64,000 bases of DNA, taken from positions 9,017,245-9,081,244 of the forward strand of contig OZ199838.1 of NCBI GenBank assembly GCA_964304625.1. The letters run 5' to 3'. The first letter of the stretch is position 1. Every line of letters starts with the position of its first letter. The stretch comes from Kudoa neothunni. Lineage: Eukaryota; Animalia; Cnidaria. The notes under the pieces were generated by a model. That model did no database searches. It was not told the origin of the DNA and saw nothing but the letters and a program-made list of their open reading frames with translations. Shown here in pieces: positions 51,709 to 64,000 of the stretch. A program made the position numbers and the translations under genes.

Positions 51709-54700
51709 GTTTGCTTGGAATTTTTACCATAATCAATAATGATTGGCATTAGTATTACATAAATTTATTACATTACTGTTTCTACCTTTGTGATTCCATA
51801 CAGAAATACTTAATAAACAAGGAACATAAAGACACACAAAAGATTAGTCTTTAAAATAACAAAATTTATGAATTATTTTAATCGGCTATGGGATAAAAGA
51901 CTGCAATAAAGGAAAGGATATTCTCCAAAATTTTCCACTTACAGTATTTCAAGACCTAAATACAATGGTGTCGGATCAAAATGCAACAGTGATGTGTCAA
52001 AATGGATTAATAAATTCATCGCATATAAGTATTAGTTTTCTATTTCTGCCATATTTAAACATCTTGGAAAATACGACTCTGCGTGATTAGAATAATTTTG
52101 GAGTTGGGGAGGTGTTATTTCATCAGGACTATTCAGGATAGCTTCCATTAATTCATCTGTATTTGTGGGCGCTTTTCTTCAGACAACTGATTTTGCTTGG
52201 TGAAAGAATTCCTCTATAGAGCTGAGGAATGGTGAATACGGAGGCAGAAACAAAAGTTTGTGTCCACTTAAATCAATTCTTTATCGAATAAGATCGGTTT
52301 TATGAAACCTTACATTGTCCATAATTAACAACGCGCTTTGAGTTTCATCGTTCGCTAAATTATTAAGAAGTTTTTCTATAAAAGTATAGAAAACTTGTTT
52401 ATTCACGAGGCCACTTTCCAGTTGAAATGTCCAAACTTTTTCAGAGTTAATAGCGGCTACCAATGTAATGTTTTTGGATCGAATACTTTTTACTTTCAGG
52501 TTCGCTCTTGAACCTGAAAGTGACCTTCGAAATGTTCGTCTCAGAAAGTGAGAAACCAGACTCATCAATGTAAATTGCAGGAAAATGGAGTGGTTTACAT
52601 TGCAAATATTTTAAAACATAACTAATAATTATAACACTTACTGTTAATTAATAAAAGGGCTTTTTGCGTTTTGATATGCAATCCTGAGAATTTCTCGCAA
52701 TCGGTTACAATTAAAATTTTTTTGAGTGTATAATGGAACTGGTTTAAACAATTAGCAATAGTATATCTAGAAACACCGATATTATGTTCTTCTTGTACTT
52801 TCTTGGCGATTGAGTCTAATGTAATTGTGCAATCTTCATTCATTAAGCTTTGGATATATGATTTATGGGCGATTGTCAATTTTGACCTCCTGTCCCCACC
52901 TCTTTTCTTTGGAATGCATTCTTCATTGGCCTCATCACCTTCGAATTCTTTTTTTAGAAGCCGTGAAATTGTTGATTTATGAACTTATGAACGCCAACTG
53001 TTGTTGCAATTCGGCCATATGTATAATTTTCCTTACATTTCTCAAATATAGTTTAACTGACGCTATATACTTTAGATAACCTAATGACAATTTCTTTCTT
53101 TGTGTCGTCTAGAGAAACATATTTTCTTGTTGTGACGTTAAGCTGTGATAAATTACGATCCGACATGGTTATCTATAATTGCACGAATCAATTTAACCTT
53201 GATCCGACATCGTTGCATTTGGGTCTTGAAATACTGTATCATTGTATTTTGACCGAAATTATTCTTATAATAAATACGAACGGAGCTTAGAGCGTGGAAT
53301 TCCACACATATTCCTTAAAATTTTGGTTTTTAGGTGGTGCCAAACCACTTCCACAGTATTTGTATGTGAACCGTCTTCAGAAACATATTCTATCGAATAA
53401 TTTATTCTGTGGTGGCGATAACCATGGGTGGATGGATAATGGGTGATATGCCAACCATTCGTCAGTATAGATTGTGGCGTTTTGTTCAACCTCGTTTGAA
53501 ATGATTGGAATAAGGGTAGCTATATCTCTTTTTTCTACAATGGAAAAACGAGATTCAATGAGGGTTCGTATTCCATTATCGTTGACAGAACATTCGCATA
53601 TTCCCAAGATCCAAGGACCATCAACTCGGTTATTATATCTCTCCCCATTTGAGTTAAGGCTTGAATCATCTTGGTCTTCGTCATCACCAATGATAAATTC
53701 ATAAGATGCGCCCGGATCAGTTCTCCATTGATCTAATGAGAGATATCTCCCACGGTGATTCTTTCGCTTTCCTCTCAAGAGTGTTTCATCAATTTTGATG
53801 ATGGTCCCCTTTCCTCCCATTTTCGTTCGACCCAAAAAAAGGTTATCGCAAATTTCTTTCATGCGATCAAACCAAAAAGTCACAGTTTTGCTGCTTATGC
53901 CCGTTAATTCTACTGTCGTACAATGGTTTATCTCCATTGCCCACATGTAGATAAGCTCAAAAATATCGTTTATTGTAATCTTTGAGTCATTGTAATAACT
54001 TTTCCCCTTTAATTCAAAAAGTGTCGAATTTCTTACGGAGAAATGTTTTACAATCAGACCTACAATTTTAATCAAATTAACTTTTCATTTCGATTACTTT
54101 TTGCACATGAACGGCAAAAGACAATCATCATTTCCGTTTCTTAACGCCGATGTACTTGTATTTAAATTTCTTTTTCTTCGCTTGTTTATCATCATAGTAT
54201 TGTAGCGATGACAATCAGAACAACGTTTTTGGGGATTTTGTATTAATTTTTTGGTATTTAAAAATCTTGTCAACTCATCAGTATTGTTTAAGAGTTTATA
54301 GAACTTCCTTTGCGTACTAAAGACATCCATTGTTACCGCAAGATCCACAAAGTTGGCGTGAATTAGAATTTTGTATAGAATCTGACATTTAAGCCCTAGT
54401 AAACCTCCAAATTTTTAAGATTAAAGTAAAAATAAATTTATTTTCTGCTTAATTAATGACAAAACCATAAATTTTAAGGTTCAGACTTAATAAATCAAAG
54501 AAATAGAATATATGTAAGAAAATAAGATAAAGTTTTAACAAATATAGTAAAAATACACAGTTATATAAGAAAAAACAATCTTGCACGGTACGTTATTAGC
54601 ACCCCGATAGCATCCGATACCCCCGACCCGTGAAAATTGAGATTCTTTAATTTAGATTTTTTCATAAATTTTTCAAATTCATAAAATTAGGAAATTAACC

Positions 54701-57700
54701 CAAATTTAAAAGGATTTGAAAAAGGATGAGAGATTTTACGACTGGGATAAAAATGATTTGGGATGTAATACAATACACCCCAAGTCCGTTAGAGAGTTAA
54801 TTCATTTACTTATTAGCTTATCATATATCATATCTCTACAAATGGCAATATAAAATCCTGGAAATAAAAAATTAAGACAATTGCCATAAGAAACGATTCC
54901 AATTATTGATCTAAACGTTGTATGATTGATTTTTAATTAAAGTCATTTGATTTATAAATATTGACATAGATGCGTAAACCTTAAAAATAGAAAAGCTCTA
55001 TTGAAGATTTTGGTATATATTAAAATTGATTACTTTATAGCTCGTAATAACCGGTTTCCTTTTCCTAGCATTTGTCACTCGATATTTCTTTTTTGCAGGA
55101 GTATCATCGTTCATTTGTTGATTAACGCGTGGAATCCTATGAAATTTTTAAAAATGGATTTGATTATTTTCTTGGTCGCCATAAAAAGATAAATACGTGA
55201 CAACGTGTATTTTTTAATTAATGGAAGTAATGTGGAACGATTTCTTTTTTTACGGAAATTGGAAGTATTCGGTTGGTTCCATGTTCAGTACCACCAAACT
55301 CCCATTGTCCTTCTATCCTCCAATCTCGATTATATTTTCTTTTACCGAATTTCGATTCGTCGATCTCAACAATTTTTCCATGTCCTAATGGATAGTTACA
55401 TATGATTGTAATATGTCGTTAATTGTGATAGGTTGAGGATCAAGTAGTAAAATTTCGCCGCGAGGGTTTCGGAATTCCTTTTTCTAATCCATAAAGGTTG
55501 CGAGGTATTCTACCTCCAAATCCGATTATATGAATCCGTTTTTACAATTATGCAACCAATAGTAAATCGATAAGAGTATTTTCTACATCGAAAAATTAAA
55601 ATTTGTACGAACAACCTTTGGCTATTTTACAGTATATGTGACGAACTCCGGTACAGAAACGTAATGTTCGGGGAAAATCGGACACAATATTAAATTGAAT
55701 ATAAAACCATTATATATTTACACAGAGTGCTCAATTTCTTATTTTTATATTTACGCCTAAACAAAAAATCGGATATATATATATCCGGGAAAGTTATCCG
55801 AACTTTTGTTGGTCGCGTTTCTGTATTTGCGTTTGAAAGCTCCCCAAGTAGCTTCGATTCGATTAGTATGGACACCTTCATTCGATACGAATCTCCTTTT
55901 ATGGATTACCTTTTTATGAACAAATCCTAAATCGGCCAGTCGATTATACCCAGTCCCACCATCTGTCCATATTGTGGAACCGTCTTCAACATTTTCGATG
56001 ATTATCCCCTCGAGAACACTTTAGTTTCTAAGGCGGGAAATTTTCAAGAAGAAGTTTCTATCTTCATCTATCCCGCCTATCATCCAATATTGTTGGTTTT
56101 TCAAAAATCTACCTACATTATATTTTCTTTTTGAGATAGCGGTTTCATCGATCTGTACAACAACTCCTATTCACCGATTTTTTCGGATTCTTCATCAAGT
56201 TTTGAAGCCATTAAATCATGAATAATACTCTTCCATTCAAAAATGGTAGCATATGATTCTATTTTGAAATAAAGTTGTAGGATTTCGTAAGTAGCCGTTG
56301 GATTTTGAATGACGTAAACCATAAAATGTAAACTTTTTCAAAGAGGAAGTTTGGATAATTTGAAAATACTCTTTTTTTCTTACCAAGAATCGTTTTTGGA
56401 AATTTGTACATCTAAATTGGTAGCCATCACCGGTGTCGTTTCTTGTTGATATCTTCATTACCGCGCCACACGAACATTTCATGTAACTTTGTAGGAGCCC
56501 AAGATTCTGCAATACTTTAATTGTACGTGCATTATCTTCACGTAAATATGCAAAATCGAAAACTGTTATATCGTCGATGTCTTCTAAGGTGAATAATTTC
56601 CTAAAACTTCCCGTCACACGCAATTATTCGACAATTTACGAAACATGTCGAAGTTCATCACATACTATAAAATAGCCAGACAATCTTACTAATTTTGTTT
56701 GTATTAAAAATCTACGTAGTATTTGCTATTTAACCACATGTTTTGTCGTAACAGCACGGCGTTGTTTTCCTCCGCGGAGTAACGACCTAGCAATCATCCT
56801 TGTTAATATTTAAAAGATTTATTATGTTTACTTTTATGATTATACATTGTTATTTTTTCAAAAATAGAAGATCTTTTGGCGAGCCATTTGAAATATTTAC
56901 CGCTTTCGTCTTACACTTATGTAAGATTTTTATATTATAAATCGAATTTAATAAATAAATAAAGTTATCAATGCAGAAGAAACTCAAGATAAATTTAATG
57001 TTTATTTATTTCATAACTGTTTTATATTCATTTAATTACATTATTTAAATCCATAATTACTCTAATATTAATGAGTGAGAAAAATTTTAAGATAAAACAA
57101 TTGTTACGCATCCTAGAAATTTTTTTAAATATGCAATTAATTTCAAGTATAAAATGTGAACATTTTATACTTGAGCCGTCGCGTTTGAATTATTCTTATA
57201 CGTATTATCAGTTGGAGTTAATGCTACCTTAAGTGCATTATTTTTTTAAATTGTTTTATGAATTCTTACCGTAAACCAATAATCTATTTAGTAGGCCACA
57301 CATTGTATTATTGATAAATACTTAATATGATAGGTATGAATATATTTTGTATATTAAGTGTTATATATATAAATGCCTTTATATTTGGTAAAAAATATTA
57401 CATAAATTTGTTTTGATATAAATGTATACGTGACAGATAAACTAAGACTATAAATAACAAAACATTAATAGTTTTGTATATCAATGTTGATATTTAAAAG
57501 ATTTAGCTTCCTAAACGCTTGTCAGATTGATCCAATCCATGTTTAAAAATTCAAGCGACTAAAACGTTGGTCGATGCATTTTTTGATAATATATATGAAT
57601 TAATTGTAGATTAAAAAGTTAATCAATTCACTGAAGTTACGAACAACATAACCATATCTTAGAGCGCCCGGGCACTAAGAAACCCGATTCTAAAGTAGAG

Positions 57701-60303
57701 GGAACTGAATTCTATTCTTTTGTCCCCTCTAACATTATTTTATATTTACAATCTATTCTTAAGTATGTTAATATATTTATATAAAAACATCAATGTAAGC
57801 TTGTGGTTCTTTACTGAGCTATTTCTTCCTTAATCTTGCGTAATGAAAGAAGGTAAATTTATTTGTATTTTGTTCGATAAAGACAGAAATTATTCTAAAA
57901 AGATATAGCAAGCATATCAATTAATTTGTGAGTACCACATTTCGTATGTGGCAACATTCAGAGCTTTGTTCATGATACCTTACAAAATTTTGAGTTATCA
58001 GGGATTCCTGTAATTCAGGTATGGCTATTTTGTAACAATATAAATCATTGTAGCCAAGTCTACTCTTACGATTTGATTATGAGTAATCTGCTACAGAATT
58101 ATTCAATTCAGTATTACCAAGGATTTAATTGCAGTCCCTTTCTTAGTTGAAGTTAATTCACCAGGGCATTCCATAACAACAGATTATATTATTAATTTCT
58201 CATTTATAAAATCTCAAAACTTTATCCTTACATTGTTCTTATTTTAGTTCAGAGTTTTCCAAAATTAAATATAATCTCTGAAGCATTTTTTAAATTAAAA
58301 ACTACGAGTCAAATATTCAAATATGTCATAAAGTTTGTAAATTATGTCTTTAATGCAAAACTGAATTAAACAAAAAAATATTATAAGCATTCATAAAATG
58401 ATAATTATATACCGAATGAACTAATTAATAGCTGGTTCCTTATACAATTATTATTCTTACAATTTTTCATTATCATATGATTTGGGATCTAATTGATCCT
58501 AAAAGCCCAAAACGCTTGAAAGATTAATAATTATTTTAATTTTGTATAAGAATAATAAAATATTTACGTTTATTACGTATAATACGTTTTTAATGTGAAG
58601 AAATGCCGAATTTATTAGTCCTGTGAAAATGTAAGTAAAACGTTTAACAAACTAATGTCCTTTTTATTAAGCGCTTAAATGACCACCAACATTATTATTG
58701 CTATATTGTTTTTCAAAAGCGTTGATATTTTTTTGAGTATTATATACTAGGAAATAAAAATACCATGCACGTCCGCGTGGAAAGTTGATATCCTTAACGA
58801 TAAAGAGTTAGTTGTAGCATGTAGCGACGGTTTTATTAGAATGTACACCAATGATGAAACTTTTACGGAGATCATATCAGATGAGAAACAGGAAGTGACA
58901 CAAAATTCCGCACCAGAGAATTCAGTTGACCTCTCTAATATTTCTGATGATAAAATAGCCAATGCAAGAGCTCTTGAAGACGACCCAAATATACCTGATG
59001 CGTCAGTTGGACTTTTGCTACCCGGTAAGACAGATGGTCAAGTGACATTGGTTAGGAATCAAGGCAAAGTGCAAGTGTACGAATGGAGTGTTAGTGAAAA
59101 CCGATGGAAACCATTCGGAGACGTGGTATCGGATAATCAAGCTATTTCCAATGCTCAAAATATCTCAAAAAAGGTTATTTCTCACATTGTTGTCATCCAA
59201 TTTGTATATATTTTTGTTTGTAGATTTATTTTGAAGGTAAAGAATACGATTATGTGTTTGATGTTGATTTGGAAGGGCAGCGTATGCTCAAATTGCCCTA
59301 CAATTATGGGGATAATGAATGGGACACTGCCCAAAAATTTATTGCTAAGCACAACCTAAGTTCTATTTATGTTGAACAGGTTGTAAACTTTATCAAGGCT
59401 AATGTTGCTCAACAACCATCTCCCACCATCGAAAAGTTTACCTTCATCTTACACAAATTCAAATTGACAAATATGGCTGGTTTGTATCGAAAGCTTTTGG
59501 AAACGTCTTCAGTCGGTGACATTTCGAGTGAACATATTAATGAAATCAAGTCAAATGCCGAGAGAATCCTCAACGCTATCAATCAACAATTACCGGAGCA
59601 TCAGTGCAATACCAGTGTGATTAGGGGTTCGTTTCCGTGGAATGTGTTTTATGATGTTATCAGTGGTAAACACAATGTGAACGTGGTACCGTTTTTAGAT
59701 TTGTTAAGAGTGTTTTCATTGGATTGTGATTTCACTCGGAAATTTATTCATGACAACCAAATCGACCCCCTCATAAACCGTTATCTATTGAATGATGTTG
59801 ATTTTAATCCCACCGCTGTACTGCTTGTTTTGAAAGCTTTCTCTAACATGATTTTTGTACCAACCGACGAAAAACATTGCGCTTTGTTGGCTTTCTTGAT
59901 TGAGCAACCTGATAGTCTCAATTGTTTCAACCATGCACTACTCTGGCTCACCCAACGTTGCCATGTTTCTTTATCTACTTTACTATATAATTTGATCGTT
60001 TATTTCTACCATACAACTTATCCAGATGAATGTTTGGGTCTTTTCCATCAGACAGTGCATTGTTTGGTGGAAGGATTTCGATTTACCGAATGTACCTTTG
60101 ATGATGAATCACTTTTGAGACTTTTGACGGCTATAAAAATTTTGCCACATTTTCAGAATCAACTTAAGCTTAGCTCAGATGAAAAATCTAAAATGAGCGA
60201 CATCATCCAAGTGTTTGTCAATAGAAAACCTAATGATGTCGATTTGTATCATCACAACACTGACATATCCGCCCTTATTCTAGAATTGACTAAGATATTT
60301 TGA
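48180..60303 (+). CDS. PLAA: Phospholipase A2-activating protein / Doa1 (WD40-PFU-PUL); exons 48180-48953, 58751-59173, 59224-60303
   Basis: WD40 repeats from MYKLKCKIFAHDSDVR. Exon 2 EIKIPCTSAW..LVVACSDGFIRMYT continues the last repeat in phase 0. PFU motif FEGKEYDYVFDVD..LKLPYN..AQKFI..YVEQVVNFI. PUL-like helical C-terminus (PFLDLLR). Confidence 0.95.
51678..51704. repeat. (AT)n microsatellite
   Basis: Read directly. Confidence 0.9.
51942..53236 (-). mobile_element. IS630-Tc1-like DD34E element, full-length but disrupted
   Basis: 38-bp TIR CAGTATTTCAAGACC(T/C)AAAT(A/G)CAA(T/C)G(G/A)TGTCGGATCAA with TA TSDs. Motifs IDESGF, MDNVRFH and FLPPYSPFLSSIEE (34 aa from D to E). Confidence 0.92.
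55190..55390 (-). pseudogene. Merlin transposase fragment (another lineage)
   Basis: GHGKIVEIDESKFGKRKYNRDWRIEGQWEFGGTEHGT..RNRSTLLPLIKKY. Confidence 0.85.
55690..56623 (-). pseudogene. Merlin transposase pseudogene (another lineage)
   Basis: LQNLGLL..MKCSCG..M..DGYQFRC; VQIDETAISKRKYNVGR; GVHTNRIEATW; YISDFLFRRKY. Frameshifted. Confidence 0.85.
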
Positions 60304-60760
60304 ATATTGGGTAGAAGCTCTTCGCTAATTCTGTTGATTTATTTCTTTTTGAGAATGATTTTATGCGCATTCGATGTAATTTGATAAAAGTCATTTTGAC
60401 TATAAAATTACGTCAAATAAAAATTGTTATATACTAATAATTTTCATTTACGTTGTAAACAACTCTTACTTAACTCGTGGAAACACTATTTATTATGTGA
60501 TGTCAAATAATATGAGATGTATCTATACATGTTTTTAAAAATATTTTATATTTTCTAAATATCATTTTAACGTTATTTTGATAGTCATATTTATTCCAGT
60601 TTTCTGACTTAATGAAAATGAATTTTAGTCAGCTGAAATGTTTATATCGACAACATATTTGCTGTATTTGTGCGGAGAAATTATCGATGCTTATAATAAT
60701 ATATGTAGAACTTTTTTAATAGTAACTGTATTAGTAATAGCAGTAGTAGCGATATCGATA

Positions 60761-61849
60761 CCGGGTTTTACTTCCAAAACCGGATTGCGCGCTAAATTAA
60801 GTCTTGTTAAAAAAACATGTTATGTAGTCAGCACAACAACGAAATTAGAGAAATCGCCATTGATCTCGTGGTTAATGAAGGGAAATCCCAAAAACAGGTG
60901 GCTCACAATCTAAAAATTCCAAGGTCTACCCTCAACAACATGATCAAAACATACAGAAAAACAGAATCGACGGAAAAAGGATTAAACTAACTGAGGATAT
61001 TAAACGTCGACTTCTGGAATTAATAAATGATGATTGCACCACTACGCTAGCATCAATGATAGATAAAGTCAGCGTAGATGTTAGCCAAACAACCGTTTGG
61101 AGATGGCTTAAGTCATTTACGATATCGTTTAAAATGACACGGTGGATACCTCCGAGCAGGAATTGTATGGAAGTGAAGCAAGAGAGAAAAGAATACGCAA
61201 CATGGTATACAAACCTTCCAATTAATGTAAGGTATGAACAATTAATCTTCATTGACCAAAGCCCATTTTCCCTCCATATGCTTCTTTTTCACGGACGTTC
61301 TCCTGTTGGAACTACACCGAATCCCATTGTAGTAAATAGCAGAGGACCTAATGTCACGATGATTCTTGCGATGAGTGCATTGGGTCTAGTGCATTGCGAA
61401 GCGATAACCAATGGAGTAAACTGTTCCATTTTTAAGAATTTTTACATAAAATCCAAGAAATATTAGGATCAGGAAATTACATTATTGTAATGGACAATGT
61501 AAGATTCCACCACTCAAACGTGGAGTTTTATGATGATTATCCTTATGAGGTTAGATATCTCCCACAGTACTCTCCATTTTTAACCCCATGTGAGGAGGTT
61601 TTCTCACATATTAAAGGAAATGTGAGAAAAGATGGTCCAATTTCTTGGAAACTCTAAATTTCTACATAGAATGGGAATATCCGCGCAAGCTGTCACTGAA
61701 TCCAACATGAAGAATTATTTTCAGCACCGCGAAACGTTTTTGGCATCATGTCATATGTTGAAGAATGTGTCAAGAGTTGAGAACAAATACATTTTTAAGT
61801 ATTCTTGCGCGCTTTTATAGGAAAATCCGGTTTTGGGGGTAAAACCCTG
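60761..61849 (+). mobile_element. IS630-Tc1-like element with DD32E spacing, frameshifted transposase
   Basis: 26-bp TIRs C(C/A)GGGTTTTAC(TT/CC)CCAAAACCGGATT with TA TSDs. HTH-like KSQKQVAHNLKIPRSTL, then IFIDQSPF, MDNVRFH and YLPQYSPFLTPCEEVF. Confidence 0.92.
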
Positions 61850-62580
61850 TAGCAACGATAGTCCTAATGGTTTTAGGATTTACGCCCAATAATGTAATGG
61901 GCTAAATGGGGGCTCCGCCTCTGTTAACCGGAAGATTATTACAATATTAACATGTAGAAAAAGATCTAGATAAAAACGTAAGGATTATTTACGTATTTTA
62001 GACTCTATAGAAACATTTTTATGCTAATCAATGTATGGCGGGCCGTAGGTTGCCCGCCCTGGTTTATAAGGTTTATTTATGTAGCATTTCTTGATTTATA
62101 ATTGGCACTGGCAATTGCCACAGGAGGGAATAACTTAAAATCTAAGAATCAAGTTAAATTTGAAATTCACATGTGTAATCAATGATTCTTGGACTAACAT
62201 GAAACATGATTAACTATTTTGGATAAAATTTGAGCTGTTGAAAGTTCTAATATTGTGACTATAAATTTTTTGTTTTGATTAATGTTAAATGCATATTTTA
62301 ATTTTTTATTAATAAAGGTTTCTTAAACATAAAACCAAATACCAGACATTGTGTTGTATGCATAAAAACGTCCACCCTATTACCTCTGATTGTACCTAAT
62401 ATGTTTAACCTAGCTCAGCTAATGTAATCTGTAAAAATATGCTTAATTATATTTAATAGAATGAAATAATTACATTTGTTATATACATATATTTGGTTTT
62501 TAGATTATATTTATATCTCTATTATTACATATCCAAAAAGTATAATAAGTATTAACGTTATTCATGGGAAATGATTAGAC

Positions 62581-63261
62581 CAATGTTTCCCAACGTGAGG
62601 GCGTGGAAGATTTTTGGTGGGAATGGCAATCTTTGAGCGTTTAATGAACGGCTCTTGTAGAACGTGGAAAATCCTGGGCATTGATGTGACGTGGATAATG
62701 GTGAGATAATTGGGAAATGTGTCGCACATTGAAATCCATACTTCGATTTTTAATCTTATTTTTAAGCGAATATGAATATCATAAAACAATACCAAAGCAT
62801 TGATTAATTTGTATAAAAAATATAAAAACGTTTAACATGGTTTTTGCTCAATAGAATCGGAATGGTTATAATTCCAATGTTGTCAAATTTATAATCGTGA
62901 TCCCTTCTTTTTTTGGCTTATCCAAAAACAATATTGATTAACTTTCAATATTAATTATTTTATTTCGATCTGTAATTCCCGAATACAGAAACGTTTTGTC
63001 TGATGCGGGTTGGATTATTACAAGCTTCACTTAACGAGGCTTTTGGCTAAATGAAGATGTAAAAATGTTAATTTTTAAGTCCATCTATAAATTAAATTGG
63101 ATCTGATCAAATACATTTTAATTCTAATAACAAAGAAATATTTGACATTTTTCAATTTTAATGTGACATGAAGCTTGATTCAAAATTATAAGCAATTTAA
63201 GTTAAAAAATCAATATATTTGGAAAAGGTGGGGGCGATAGAAAAAAAGTTGGGAAATACTG
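62581..63261. mobile_element. Buster-type hAT MITE family A, copy 3
   Basis: CAATGTTTCCCAAC ... GTTGGGAAATACTG. TSD GATTAGAC/GATTAACA (partly decayed). Similar length to copy 1. Confidence 0.82.
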
Positions 63262-64000
63262 GATTAACACATTCTATGTAATGAATTCAGTAAAATTTTA
63301 AAGTAATGATTAATTTTATAGTTAAAATCAATATAAAAGCTTACTGTTTGCACTTAAATAGCAGTGAACATAATTCTATCTTCTTAAATGATATTGCTAC
63401 AAGCATGGATAAATTACTAGTTTTAATAACATCAAAATTTAAATAAAACTTAAATTTTACTCTAATGCGTTATCTAAAATTAATGTTCACAAAAGTAGAA
63501 AACACGTTTTGTATTTTTGATTACAGTAACTTGTGTGGAAATTTAAGTTTTCACTGTAGCCTCATTTGTACAATGGAATCCTCTCCTGGATTAAAAGTTG
63601 ACTTGTATAATTCCTTAAAAAATCATATTAATCGTTAGCATCATTTTTTCTCCTTCAATTTATAAATTGGGAAATTGTGAAAAATACTAAATTCCCTATC
63701 TAAAATGCTAAAATATTTTAATGAAGCTTTGATTTACTACAAAATAATGTTTGTATTCTTTTTGACTCTATAAAGAAGAAAGCTTAAAGGTGACAAAAAT
63801 TGTCAAAATATAGAGGCAATTGCCCCCCTAGCATTACTTTTTGAGCTAGTAACGATGGGGGAAAGTTTTCATAATCATATTATTAAATGAGATACAAAAT
63901 CATCTTGGTGATGTTTCGATATATAAATTTTTATTTCATCAACAAAAAGTCGACTTCTCAGGTAATCATCTTTTTGAATTAATATCATTTGGATCTAATA

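Larger units (their letters stand above)
50306..54646 (-). mobile_element. TIR element carrying a Merlin (IS1595-like) transposase pseudogene (~54348-51878), interrupted by a Tc1-like element
   Basis: 27-bp inverted repeats AGAATCTCAATTTTC(G/A)CGGGTCGGGGG, each abutting TTAA. Motifs KMGGKGTIIKIDET, RGKRKNHRGR, GPWILGICE, TLIPII, YTDEW, HTNTVEVVW. Confidence 0.85.

Noticed and set aside
51942-61849. IS630- and IS1595-like genes as bacterial contamination
   Set aside because: They lie within or beside intron-containing genes with matching base composition and fit eukaryotic Tc1-like and Merlin families.
1-64000. CRISPR array, rRNA or telomeric array
   Set aside because: No regularly spaced direct repeats or conserved rRNA segments were seen.

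Overview
AT-rich eukaryotic nuclear DNA with spliceosomal introns. Most introns are about 33-150 nt; two are TE-filled giants of 4.3 and 9.8 kb. Gene content and divergence suggest a reduced parasitic animal (myxozoan- or orthonectid-like; inference only). Spliced genes reconstructed by hand: isoaspartyl peptidase/asparaginase ASRGL1 (+), a TTC19-like mitochondrial TPR protein (+), EMC3 (-), a secreted 5-Kunitz-domain protein ending in a KR-flanked Cys-loop peptide (-), two tandem SLC25A29/45-like carriers (+), a miniaturised AATF/Bfr2 (-) head-to-head with PLAA/Doa1 (+), a decayed RBPMS-like RRM gene (+) and a candidate orphan small secreted protein (-). The remainder is largely decayed, partly nested DNA transposons: Merlin/IS1595-like, IS630-Tc1-like (one DD34E, one DD32E), pogo/Tigger, piggyBac, Buster-type hAT and MITEs. 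The most notable signals are 5' splice sites that mostly lack +5G and are enriched in GTAG, the Kunitz precursor, a Merlin transposase inside TTAA-flanked inverted repeats, and the DD32E element. I saw no CRISPR array, rRNA or convincing tRNA.
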